This document shows, piece after piece, positions 49,792 to 57,685 of a stretch of DNA of 64,000 nt (the stretch's first letter is position 1; each line of letters begins with the position of its first letter). A program made the translations under genes and the position numbers. The DNA is taken from the NCBI GenBank assembly GCA_964634935.1, contig CAZWJT010000004.1, forward strand, positions 94,915-158,914. The letters are read 5' to 3'. This DNA is from an uncultured Planctomycetia bacterium. GTDB taxonomy: Bacteria > Omnitrophota > Gorgyraeia > Duberdicusellales > Duberdicusellaceae. Below the pieces are notes generated by a model that was given only the letters and a program-made list of their open reading frames with translations, had not been told where the DNA came from and did not search any database.

Positions 49792-50358
49792 ATGTCATTA
49801 AGCATCGGGAGCATTAAACCAAGTATGGCGGTACGCATCGAGGATGAAATTTTTTATGTATTAGCCTGTGAACACGCAAAACTCGCAAGAGGGTCGGGTT
49901 TTGCAAGAGTACGCCTGAAAAACTTAAAAACACAGACCATTACAGAAAAAACGCTGCGTGACTCCGATACTATAGAAGAGATTGAAGTTGAAAAACGATT
50001 AATCCAATTCCTGTATCGGCAAGATATTCATTTCCATTTCATTGATTTAACGAATTATGAAGATCTGGTTTTCGATGAAGATCGGATCGCGGATCATTCA
50101 GTTTGGCTCAAAGAAAACCAAGAACTCTTAGGTCTATTCCATGAGAACAGTCTCATCTCATTTGAGATTCCTGTAACCCTAGAGCTAAAAGTTGCAGATA
50201 CTGATCCTGGATATAAAGGTGATAGCGTGCGAGCAGGCCTCAAGCCAGCAATTCTCGAGACAGGAGTAACTATTCAAGTTCCTTTGTTTGTAAACAAGGG
50301 TGATGTCATAAAAGTCGATACCCAGAAAAAAGAGTACATTGCAAGAGTCTCCTCGTAA
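49792..50358 (+). CDS. efp: elongation factor P (Arg at the position of E. coli Lys34)
   Basis: Aligns with E. coli EF-P across domain I: KLARGSGFARVRLKN vs KPGKGQAFARVKLRR; 188 aa; followed by accB-accC as in many bacteria. Confidence 0.9.
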   Translation: MSLSIGSIKPSMAVRIEDEIFYVLACEHAKLARGSGFARVRLKNLKTQTITEKTLRDSDTIEEIEVEKRLIQFLYRQDIHFHFIDLTNYEDLVFDEDRIADHSVWLKENQELLGLFHENSLISFEIPVTLELKVADTDPGYKGDSVRAGLKPAILETGVTIQVPLFVNKGDVIKVDTQKKEYIARVSS

Positions 50359-50376
50359 ACAAGAGGGAGGAAAACA

Positions 50377-50841
50377 ATGGATTTAAAACGGCTCAAAGAA
50401 CTGCTCAGTTTCATGGATGAACATAAACTGATAGAACTGGAACTTGAAGAAGAAGGAAAAAAAGTTAAACTCAAAAAGGCAAGTTTTCCATCAGATGCTC
50501 CCATGCCGGTTATAGTACCTTCGTTCCAGCAGTCGCAAACAAACCAAATACAAAGTGAACCAAAATCAACAGAACCAGCAAAACAAGAAAATTTTATTGA
50601 GATTAAAGCGCCGATGGTAGGAACTTTCTACCGATCCCCCGCACCGAATGCTACGCCGTTTGTAGAACTAGGGAAGAAAATCAAGGCCGATGACGTTCTC
50701 TGCATCATTGAAGCGATGAAATTGATGAATGAGATCAAATCAGAAGTACGGGGAGAAGTTATCGCAATAAAAGTAGAAAACGGAGAACCGGTTGAATACG
50801 GTCAAGTTTTATTCATTATAAAACCTGAAACTGATGTTTAA
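50377..50841 (+). CDS. accB: biotin carboxyl carrier protein
   Basis: EAMKLMNEI biotinyl-lysine motif, Pro/Gln-rich linker. Confidence 0.9.
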   Translation: MDLKRLKELLSFMDEHKLIELELEEEGKKVKLKKASFPSDAPMPVIVPSFQQSQTNQIQSEPKSTEPAKQENFIEIKAPMVGTFYRSPAPNATPFVELGKKIKADDVLCIIEAMKLMNEIKSEVRGEVIAIKVENGEPVEYGQVLFIIKPETDV

Positions 50842-52192
50842 AAAGATACTCATTGCCAACAGGGGAGAGATTGCGCTGAGAATCATCCGCGCCTGCCAAG
50901 AATTAGGAATTAAAACGGTCGTTGTCTACTCTGAAGCAGATAAAAACTCTCTGCCGGTACAACTCGCTGATGAAGCTATCTGCATTGGGGGTTCACGCCC
51001 TCAAGAAAGCTATTTGAATATCTCTGCTATCATCAGCGCTGCTGAAATTACTGACGCGGACGCGATCCACCCCGGGTATGGTTTTCTTGCAGAAAATGAA
51101 CATTTTGCCGAAGTATGCCAATCATGTGGAATTAAGTTCGTCGGCCCTACTCCTCAAAATATACGAGCAATGGGTGATAAAATTCAAGCCCGAAAGATCA
51201 TGAAAAAGAAAGGCGTCCCGGTGATTCCTGGAAGCCTCGAGCCCGTCAATACAAAAGATGAAGCCCTGACAATCGCGAAACAAATCGGCTATCCCGTTAT
51301 CATTAAAGCCGCTGCCGGGGGCGGAGGAAGAGGAATGCGCATTTGCCACAGCGATATCCGCCTGGTCAGTGCATTTATTACCGCACAATCAGAAGCAGAA
51401 ATCGCCTTTGGCAATTCTCAGGTCTACATTGAAAAATATCTTGAAAACCCACGCCACATTGAGATACAAGTCGCGGCCGATCACTACGGAAATTCCGTAT
51501 ATCTTTTCGAACGGGAATGTTCGATCCAGCGAAGACATCAAAAACTGATTGAAGAATGTCCTTCTCCGGCAGTTGATGTCAAACTGAGAAAAACTCTTGG
51601 TGAATATGCCCTCAAAGGGATCAAAGCAATAGAATATCAAACAGTTGGAACTATGGAATTCTTGATGGATAAAACAGGGAAAATCTACTTTATCGAGATG
51701 AATACCCGCATCCAAGTTGAACATACCGTTACCGAAGAAGCAACCGGAATTGATCTTCTGAAACTGCAGATCATACTTGCTGCCGGAGAAAAACTTAAAT
51801 TGAAACAAGAGGATATCAAGTTGATTAATGCGAGCATGGAGTTTCGGATTAATGCCGAAGATTCGGAAAAAAATTTTATGCCTTCTCCTGGAAAGATACA
51901 TTTCTTGCATCTTCCGGGAGGATTTGGCGTGCGCGTAGATACCCATATTTATAGCGGATACTCTATTCCGCCGTTCTATGATTCATTGATAGCAAAGCTG
52001 ATTGTTAAAAATAAAACCCGCAAACTGGCTTTACACACAGCCAAGCGGTGTCTTGACGAATTTATGGTTGATCCGTTAAAAACAACAATTCCACTGTATA
52101 GGAAAATCCTCCAAGATGAAGATTTCATAAAAGGAAATTACAATACGGGCTTTCTCGATCGATACTTATCTAAAGGAGAAGAAAATGAATGA
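50834..52192 (+). CDS. accC: biotin carboxylase
   Basis: [33 protein letters not shown]-grasp and biotin carboxylase C-domain blocks. Confidence 0.95.
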   Translation: MFKKILIANRGEIALRIIRACQELGIKTVVVYSEADKNSLPVQLADEAICIGGSRPQESYLNISAIISAAEITDADAIHPGYGFLAENEHFAEVCQSCGIKFVGPTPQNIRAMGDKIQARKIMKKKGVPVIPGSLEPVNTKDEALTIAKQIGYPVIIKAAAGGGGRGMRICHSDIRLVSAFITAQSEAEIAFGNSQVYIEKYLENPRHIEIQVAADHYGNSVYLFERECSIQRRHQKLIEECPSPAVDVKLRKTLGEYALKGIKAIEYQTVGTMEFLMDKTGKIYFIEMNTRIQVEHTVTEEATGIDLLKLQIILAAGEKLKLKQEDIKLINASMEFRINAEDSEKNFMPSPGKIHFLHLPGGFGVRVDTHIYSGYSIPPFYDSLIAKLIVKNKTRKLALHTAKRCLDEFMVDPLKTTIPLYRKILQDEDFIKGNYNTGFLDRYLSKGEENE

Positions 52193-52538
52193 GAACTATT
52201 CCTCTGAATTGGGTGAAATTAAAATCCACAAGCGGCTGATTTCACAAATCGCATATATCGCGACATTAAAAGTTGAAGGAGTATCCTATCTTGCGTTTGC
52301 TGCCCAGAAAACAATCTCAAAAATTGCTGCGAAATGGAACCTTTGGAATCCAATACGCATCGATGTAAGCCGTGGCCCACGAATCGAAATTCCGGTTATT
52401 GTTAAATATGGATACAATGTTCCGGATGTCGCCTTTAAAATTCAAGAAACTGTTCTAAAGGACTTAACCAAAATGCTGAACATAGAAAATACGCACATAG
52501 TCGTGAAAGTCAAAGGCGTTGAGAAAGAGGAGGCGTGA
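52185..52538 (+). CDS. Asp23/Gls24-family alkaline shock protein
   Basis: GEIKIHKRLISQIAYIATLKVEGVSYL and 117-aa size fit Asp23 family. Confidence 0.7.
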   Translation: MNENYSSELGEIKIHKRLISQIAYIATLKVEGVSYLAFAAQKTISKIAAKWNLWNPIRIDVSRGPRIEIPVIVKYGYNVPDVAFKIQETVLKDLTKMLNIENTHIVVKVKGVEKEEA

Positions 52539-53131
52539 CGATGATAGTATTGGCGCAAATAGTATTTGCTCTCTTAGCACTGACCATGGGAACCTTTCTT
52601 ATCCTCCTCCCAATACAGGGAGTTATTGAGGTCAAAATGTTCTCACTCATCATCCAAGCTGCCCAAGAAAATATCTATACGCAATCAGGGGTATGTTTGT
52701 CTGGAGCTCTCATCATTCTCCTTTGGCTACATTATACTCAGAAACAATTTGAAAAATTACGCCGTGAAAAAACCATTGTTTTTGAAAAACCTCTCGGAGA
52801 AGTAACAATCACCTTGAATGCCCTGGAAGATGTCGTCAAAAAAACACTCTGTGAACTTTCTGAAATCCGAGAAATCAAACCACAAATCATCGCCTCAAAG
52901 AAAGGGATTACTGTTGCCTTGCGAACTATGCTTTCTTCGGATGTAAATATTCCAGAAATAACTTCCCGAATTCAAATGTTGGTAAAAGACAAACTACAAC
53001 AAATGCTTGACATCGAAGAAGATATCCTCGTGCGCATCGACATTAAAAAAATACTTTCGACTGATCAGAAAAAAGTTACCAAGGAAGAGGAAAACGAGAA
53101 AAAACCGCCTATCCCTTATCGAGAGTTTTAG
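52535..53131 (+). CDS. membrane protein of unknown function, possibly an Asp23 membrane anchor (AmaP-like), tentative
   Basis: Two N-terminal TM helices, charged C-terminal tail; ATGA-coupled to the Asp23 gene. Confidence 0.3.
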   Translation: MTMIVLAQIVFALLALTMGTFLILLPIQGVIEVKMFSLIIQAAQENIYTQSGVCLSGALIILLWLHYTQKQFEKLRREKTIVFEKPLGEVTITLNALEDVVKKTLCELSEIREIKPQIIASKKGITVALRTMLSSDVNIPEITSRIQMLVKDKLQQMLDIEEDILVRIDIKKILSTDQKKVTKEEENEKKPPIPYREF

Positions 53132-53172
53132 TACAACGCGCACTAAAAATAAAAACAACAAGGAGGTATAAA

Positions 53173-54219
53173 ATGTCTAGAGTGGCAATGCTTACTGGTG
53201 GCGGAGACTGCCCCGGCTTAAATGCTGTAATCCGAGCTGCTACCCGTACAGCCTTAAATAATAACTGGGAAGTACTCGGCATCAAGAACGGCTGGAAAGG
53301 AATGATCGAAAACAGCGCAATGCCGCTTTCATTAGAGTCTATTTCCGGAATACTCCCTCGCGGCGGAACTATCTTAGGAACATCCCGCACAAATCCCTAT
53401 AAAAAAGAAAATGGCGTTCAGAAAGTAAAAGAAAATTTCAAGATGCTTAAAATAGACGCACTTATTGCTATCGGAGGAGAAGATACGCTTGGCGTTGCTC
53501 ACAATCTCGCCAAAGAAGGACTTCCGATTATCGGAGTCCCAAAAACAATCGATAACGACTTGAACGCAACAGATTTCACTTTTGGGTTCGATACGGCAGT
53601 CAACATCGCAATGGAATGTATAGACCGAATCCATACAACCGCCGAAAGCCACCATCGAATCATGGTAATTGAAGTTATGGGGCGTCATGCGGGCTGGATC
53701 GCTACCTATGCCGGAATCTCCGGCGGGGCCGATTTTATCCTTATCCCGGAAATTCCGATCAACCTAGACGAAGTTTGTGCTGCAATTAAAAAACGACACT
53801 CCCGAGGAAAAACATTTAGTATTATCGTTGTTGCTGAAGGTGCTCAGTTTTCAGAAGAAACCAATGCAAAACAAGGCAAAGAAATATTACAGGATCACAG
53901 CCTTGATGATTTCGGACACGTAAAACTCGGTGGTATCGGAGACATGCTGGCAAAATGGATAGAAAAGGCAACCGGATTTGAAACTCGGACCACAGTATTG
54001 GGTCATATACAACGGGGAGGGACACCCACGGCATTCGACAGAGTTCTGGGCACTCGGTATGGGATAAAAGCGATGCAGCTTGTGATTGAGAGAAATTTCG
54101 GGAAAATGGTGGCACTCAAAGGAAACTCTATTGTCGCTGTTCCACTGCAAGAAGCAGTCAGCGAGCTCAAAACAGTAGACCGTGAATTATATAACATCGC
54201 TCAAACATTTTTTGGATAA
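53173..54219 (+). CDS. pfp: phosphofructokinase, PfkA family, with PPi-dependent signature residues
   Basis: MLTGGGDCPGLNAVIRA; GGEDT in place of GGDGS and PKTIDND in place of PGTIDND (Asp104 / Lys124 equivalents); VMGRHAG, GHIQRGG. Confidence 0.85.
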   Translation: MSRVAMLTGGGDCPGLNAVIRAATRTALNNNWEVLGIKNGWKGMIENSAMPLSLESISGILPRGGTILGTSRTNPYKKENGVQKVKENFKMLKIDALIAIGGEDTLGVAHNLAKEGLPIIGVPKTIDNDLNATDFTFGFDTAVNIAMECIDRIHTTAESHHRIMVIEVMGRHAGWIATYAGISGGADFILIPEIPINLDEVCAAIKKRHSRGKTFSIIVVAEGAQFSEETNAKQGKEILQDHSLDDFGHVKLGGIGDMLAKWIEKATGFETRTTVLGHIQRGGTPTAFDRVLGTRYGIKAMQLVIERNFGKMVALKGNSIVAVPLQEAVSELKTVDRELYNIAQTFFG

Positions 54220-54221
54220 CT

Positions 54222-54785
54222 ATGGAACAAATCATCAAACGCTCCCTTGCTCATCATAAACAAGCTTTCACTGACCTTAAGGATCTCTCTCTCCAGATAA
54301 AAAAAGCAGGGGAAACACTTGTGACGTCACTTCGTGCCGGAGGAAAAATTATTACCATGGGTAATGGGGGTAGCGCCGCAGACAGCCAGCATATGGCAGC
54401 CGAATTGGTCGGCCATTTTCAAAAAGAACGGCGCCCGTTTCCCGCCTTAGCCCTTACAACGAACAGTTCTACCATCACTGCACTTGGAAACGACTACGGC
54501 TTCGATCTTATATTTGCGCGGCAATTAGAGGCCCTGGGAACTGCCCCTGATGTAGTGATCGCGTTCTCAACCTCGGGGTGTTCAGCAAACATTATCCAAG
54601 CTTTAGATGTGGCAAAAAGAAAGCATCTTACTTCGATTGGTATCTTGGGAAAGAGCGGAGGAAAAATAAAACACCTTGTTGACCAACCAATTATTGTGAA
54701 ACACCACGATACGCCGCGTATCCAAGAAATGCATATTCTTATCGTCCATATCCTCTGCGAGATCATTGAAGAAAAAATATCGTAG
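54222..54785 (+). CDS. gmhA: D-sedoheptulose-7-phosphate isomerase (SIS domain)
   Basis: ITMGNGGSAADSQHMAAELVG, VVIAFSTSG SIS blocks. Confidence 0.8.
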   Translation: MEQIIKRSLAHHKQAFTDLKDLSLQIKKAGETLVTSLRAGGKIITMGNGGSAADSQHMAAELVGHFQKERRPFPALALTTNSSTITALGNDYGFDLIFARQLEALGTAPDVVIAFSTSGCSANIIQALDVAKRKHLTSIGILGKSGGKIKHLVDQPIIVKHHDTPRIQEMHILIVHILCEIIEEKIS

Positions 54786-54793
54786 CAAGAACC

Positions 54794-55291
54794 ATGGGCA
54801 CAAAAATCCTACCAAGAAACCGGCTTGTGCCTACAATAAAAAATCTGAAAGCTTCCGGAAAAAAAATAGTATTCACGAATGGCTGCTTTGACTTGTTACA
54901 TCCTGGACACATAAAAATACTCAAACAAGCAAAAACACATGGCGATGTTCTCATCGTCGGATTAAATTCAGATAAATCGATACAGCGGCTGAAAGGACCC
55001 ACTCGGCCCATTCTCAACCAACAATCCCGGAGTGAACTCATTGCCAGCATTATCTTTGTCGATTTTGTAGTTGTTTTTACTGAGCCTACACCTTTGCGCC
55101 TCATTAAAATCATAAAACCTGATGTACTGGTAAAAGGGGGAGATTGGCAGAAAGAACGAATTGTTGGAGCCGATTTTGTGCAAGCATACGGAGGTAAAGT
55201 AGTGCGCGTTCCACTCAAGGAGACATTTTCTACTTCGGCGTTAATTGCAAAAATATTGGCTGCTTCATCGACAAAAAATTCTGGCGCATGA
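54794..55291 (+). CDS. stand-alone RfaE domain II-like cytidylyl/adenylyltransferase (D-beta-D-heptose-1-phosphate adenylyltransferase-like)
   Basis: KIVFTNGCFDLLHPGHIKIL (nucleotidyltransferase HxGH motif), 165 aa; no kinase domain adjacent. Confidence 0.7.
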   Translation: MGTKILPRNRLVPTIKNLKASGKKIVFTNGCFDLLHPGHIKILKQAKTHGDVLIVGLNSDKSIQRLKGPTRPILNQQSRSELIASIIFVDFVVVFTEPTPLRLIKIIKPDVLVKGGDWQKERIVGADFVQAYGGKVVRVPLKETFSTSALIAKILAASSTKNSGA

Positions 55292-55734
55292 AACCTGCCG
55301 ATCATCTCCAAAAACGCATATTCCGGATTCTTGACGTCAATTATAACCGGGCAAAAGAAGCACTCCGAACGTTCGAAGACATTAATCGCTTTGTGTTAGA
55401 AAATAAAATAGTAACCCGTACTGCAAAAAGATTACGCCATGCGCTGAGTGAGATTTTTTCTAAGAAAAATCTCTTGGCGCACATGGTGACACAACGCAAT
55501 GCCGCAAAAGACATAGGCAAAAAAACCGATTCTCTTGAAATGGATAGGATCGATCTCCATGATATAGCACTGGCTGCACTCAGCAGAGCAAAAGAATCAC
55601 TGCGAGTACTTGAAGAACTGATGAAAATTATTCATAAAAAAGATGTTTCGCAATTAAAAAATATACGCTATAATATATACTCTCTGGAGAAAAAGTTCAT
55701 GAAAGAGTGGTCTTCTTTATTTCATCATAGATAG
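55288..55734 (+). CDS. hypothetical protein
   Basis: 148-aa ORF translationally coupled (ATGA) to the preceding gene; no motif recognised. Confidence 0.3.
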   Translation: MKPADHLQKRIFRILDVNYNRAKEALRTFEDINRFVLENKIVTRTAKRLRHALSEIFSKKNLLAHMVTQRNAAKDIGKKTDSLEMDRIDLHDIALAALSRAKESLRVLEELMKIIHKKDVSQLKNIRYNIYSLEKKFMKEWSSLFHHR

Positions 55735-55884
55735 CATTCGCTGAAAAAATAGGCCATCATTGACGGATGAAAAATCATCCAAGTAAGCATGATTTTTTGA
55801 CCCAGTGAAATAAAAAGCACACAGCTTTTTGTTTTCAAAAGATATAAAATTTGTGATTTCTTGAGAGAAGCGTCTTAATAATCA

Positions 55885-57123
55885 ATGGAAAATAAAACTC
55901 TCCGATATATTGCCCAACGTGAAAACATACCACAGAAAGAATTAGATAGAAATCTTCACGAAGGCACTCTCGTCATACTCAAGAATCGACTGCATACCAT
56001 TGCTCCTATTGCGATTGGGAAAGGAGCAACAATCAAAATCAATACAAATCTTGGTGCTTCAACAAATAAGGCAAGCCTTATATATGAATCACAAAAGCTT
56101 GATGCCGCTATCCGCGCCCACGCGGATACAGTGATGGATTTGACCGTCGGAAAATCAATCCGCCGGGTGCGAAAAATAATCATGAAGAAATCTCCGATCC
56201 CGGTTGGAACAGTTCCTATTTATGAAGCAGCCCAGGAAGCAAAAGAAAAAAAAGGATCATTTGAAAAGATGAATTTCGACGATTTTATGCGGATATTCAT
56301 CCAGCAAGCACAAGAAGGGGTTGATTTCTTCACGATTCATAGCGGAATTACGAAAAAAATCATCGAATACCTCCAGAAGAACCCCCGGAAAACAAGTATA
56401 GTTTCACGGGGAGGAGCTTTAATCGCGCGATGGATTCTTTCAAATAACAAAGAAAACTTGCTGTACGAAAATTTCCCGGCTATCGTTTCTGTCGCAAAAA
56501 AATACAATATCGCCCTGAGCCTCGGTGATGGAATGCGCCCGGGATCACTCGCAGACTCCCTTGATTACGCTCAGTTACAGGAATTATTCAATCTGGGTGA
56601 GCTCGCTGCTTACGCGCATTCGCAAGGAGTTCAGGTCATCATCGAAGGCCCAGGACATGTACCCTTTGATCAAATAGCCACTCAAATAAAGCTTGAAAAA
56701 ACAATTTGCAAAAACGCTCCGTTTTACGTATTAGGCCCTTTGGTCATTGACCGTGCCGCAGGTTTTGATCATATCGCTTCGGCGATCGGCTCTGCTCAAG
56801 CAGCCTTTTATGGAGCAGATTTTCTCTGTGTTGTGACCCCCAAAGAACATCTTGCCCAACCAGGACCAAAAGACATTTACACAGGAACAGTTGCCTCAAA
56901 AATAGCAGCTCATGCCATCAATGTTATACGAAAAAAAGAGTTAATGAATCAAGAGGCGCTTCTTTCGCGCGCACGCAAAGAAAGAGACTGGGAGCAGCAA
57001 GTTTCCCTAAGCCTCTTTCCTGAAGAAGCCAGAAAGCATAGCAAGAACAAGGAAAAACTCGATACCTGCAGCATGTGTGGCCAATACTGCGCGTTCAAGT
57101 TGCTTGAAAAAAATGAGGTATAA
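55885..57123 (+). CDS. thiC: ThiC-family radical-SAM enzyme (phosphomethylpyrimidine synthase or paralogue such as HBI synthase BzaF)
   Basis: GATIKINTNLGAS, HADTVMDLTVG, GVDFFTIHSG, LSLGDGMRPG, C-terminal CSMCGQYC cluster motif. Confidence 0.8.
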   Translation: MENKTLRYIAQRENIPQKELDRNLHEGTLVILKNRLHTIAPIAIGKGATIKINTNLGASTNKASLIYESQKLDAAIRAHADTVMDLTVGKSIRRVRKIIMKKSPIPVGTVPIYEAAQEAKEKKGSFEKMNFDDFMRIFIQQAQEGVDFFTIHSGITKKIIEYLQKNPRKTSIVSRGGALIARWILSNNKENLLYENFPAIVSVAKKYNIALSLGDGMRPGSLADSLDYAQLQELFNLGELAAYAHSQGVQVIIEGPGHVPFDQIATQIKLEKTICKNAPFYVLGPLVIDRAAGFDHIASAIGSAQAAFYGADFLCVVTPKEHLAQPGPKDIYTGTVASKIAAHAINVIRKKELMNQEALLSRARKERDWEQQVSLSLFPEEARKHSKNKEKLDTCSMCGQYCAFKLLEKNEV

Positions 57124-57141
57124 AATAAAATAAAAGAATGT

Positions 57142-57212
57142 GCGGGCGTAGTTCAGTGGCAGAACATTAGCTTCCCAAGCTAAATATGGCGGTTCGATTC
57201 CGCTCGCCCGCT
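57142..57212 (+). tRNA. tRNA-Gly (anticodon CCC)
   Basis: Cloverleaf: acceptor GCGGGCG/CGCCCGC, D-stem GTTC/GAAC, anticodon stem TTAGC/GCTAA with loop TTCCCAA, T-arm GGCGG-TTCGATT-CCGCT; CCA not encoded. Confidence 0.85.
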
Positions 57213-57226
57213 TGGATCTGAAAAAA

Positions 57227-57685
57227 GTGAAAAAATATTATTTCACCCTATATGTACTCATGACATTTCTGTTGGCAGGATGTGCAAGCGTCCCAACTAC
57301 AAAAACACCAAAAAGCACTCGTAGTCTTCCTGCAACTGAATATATCTGGCCTCTTGAAGGAAGAGTAATAGTTCGCTATGGAGAAAAAATAAATCATATT
57401 TCCAGTAACGGCATCGATATCAAACCCAATAATTCGGTAGCAAACGCAATCAAGAGTGGTTCGGTAAAATTTTCCCGTTATTTGAAAGGATACGGCAAGA
57501 CAGTCATCATTGAACATACAAGCGGCATTTCTTCGGTCTACTCCAATCTTTCTGAAATCTACGTCAAAGAAGGAAAATACGTTACCCAGAAAACACCCTT
57601 GGGAACAGTGGCAAAAAACATGTATTTCCACTTTGAAATACGTCAAAATGGGATCCCGCAGGATCCCCTGAAATATCTGCCATGA
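57227..57685 (+). CDS. M23/LytM-domain lipoprotein with degenerate active-site motifs
   Basis: GTG start gives lipoprotein signal MKKYYFTLYVLMTFLLAGC; LytM fold blocks SNGIDIKP, GYGKTVIIEH, MYFHFEIRQNG, with the His of the HxxxD motif and the first His of the HxH motif replaced. Confidence 0.65.
   Translation: MKKYYFTLYVLMTFLLAGCASVPTTKTPKSTRSLPATEYIWPLEGRVIVRYGEKINHISSNGIDIKPNNSVANAIKSGSVKFSRYLKGYGKTVIIEHTSGISSVYSNLSEIYVKEGKYVTQKTPLGTVAKNMYFHFEIRQNGIPQDPLKYLP

Noticed and set aside
51389-51946. 185-aa minus-strand ORF inside accC
   Set aside because: Antisense to a highly conserved biotin carboxylase, no motif.
54763-55311. 182-aa minus-strand ORF opposite the RfaE-II gene
   Set aside because: The + strand ORF has a clear nucleotidyltransferase HxGH motif. 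The minus ORF has none.
55735-55884. Possible TPP riboswitch in the 150-nt thiC leader
   Set aside because: No CUGAGA box or pyrimidine-sensor helix sequence could be found by eye. Only a covariance-model scan could fully exclude it.
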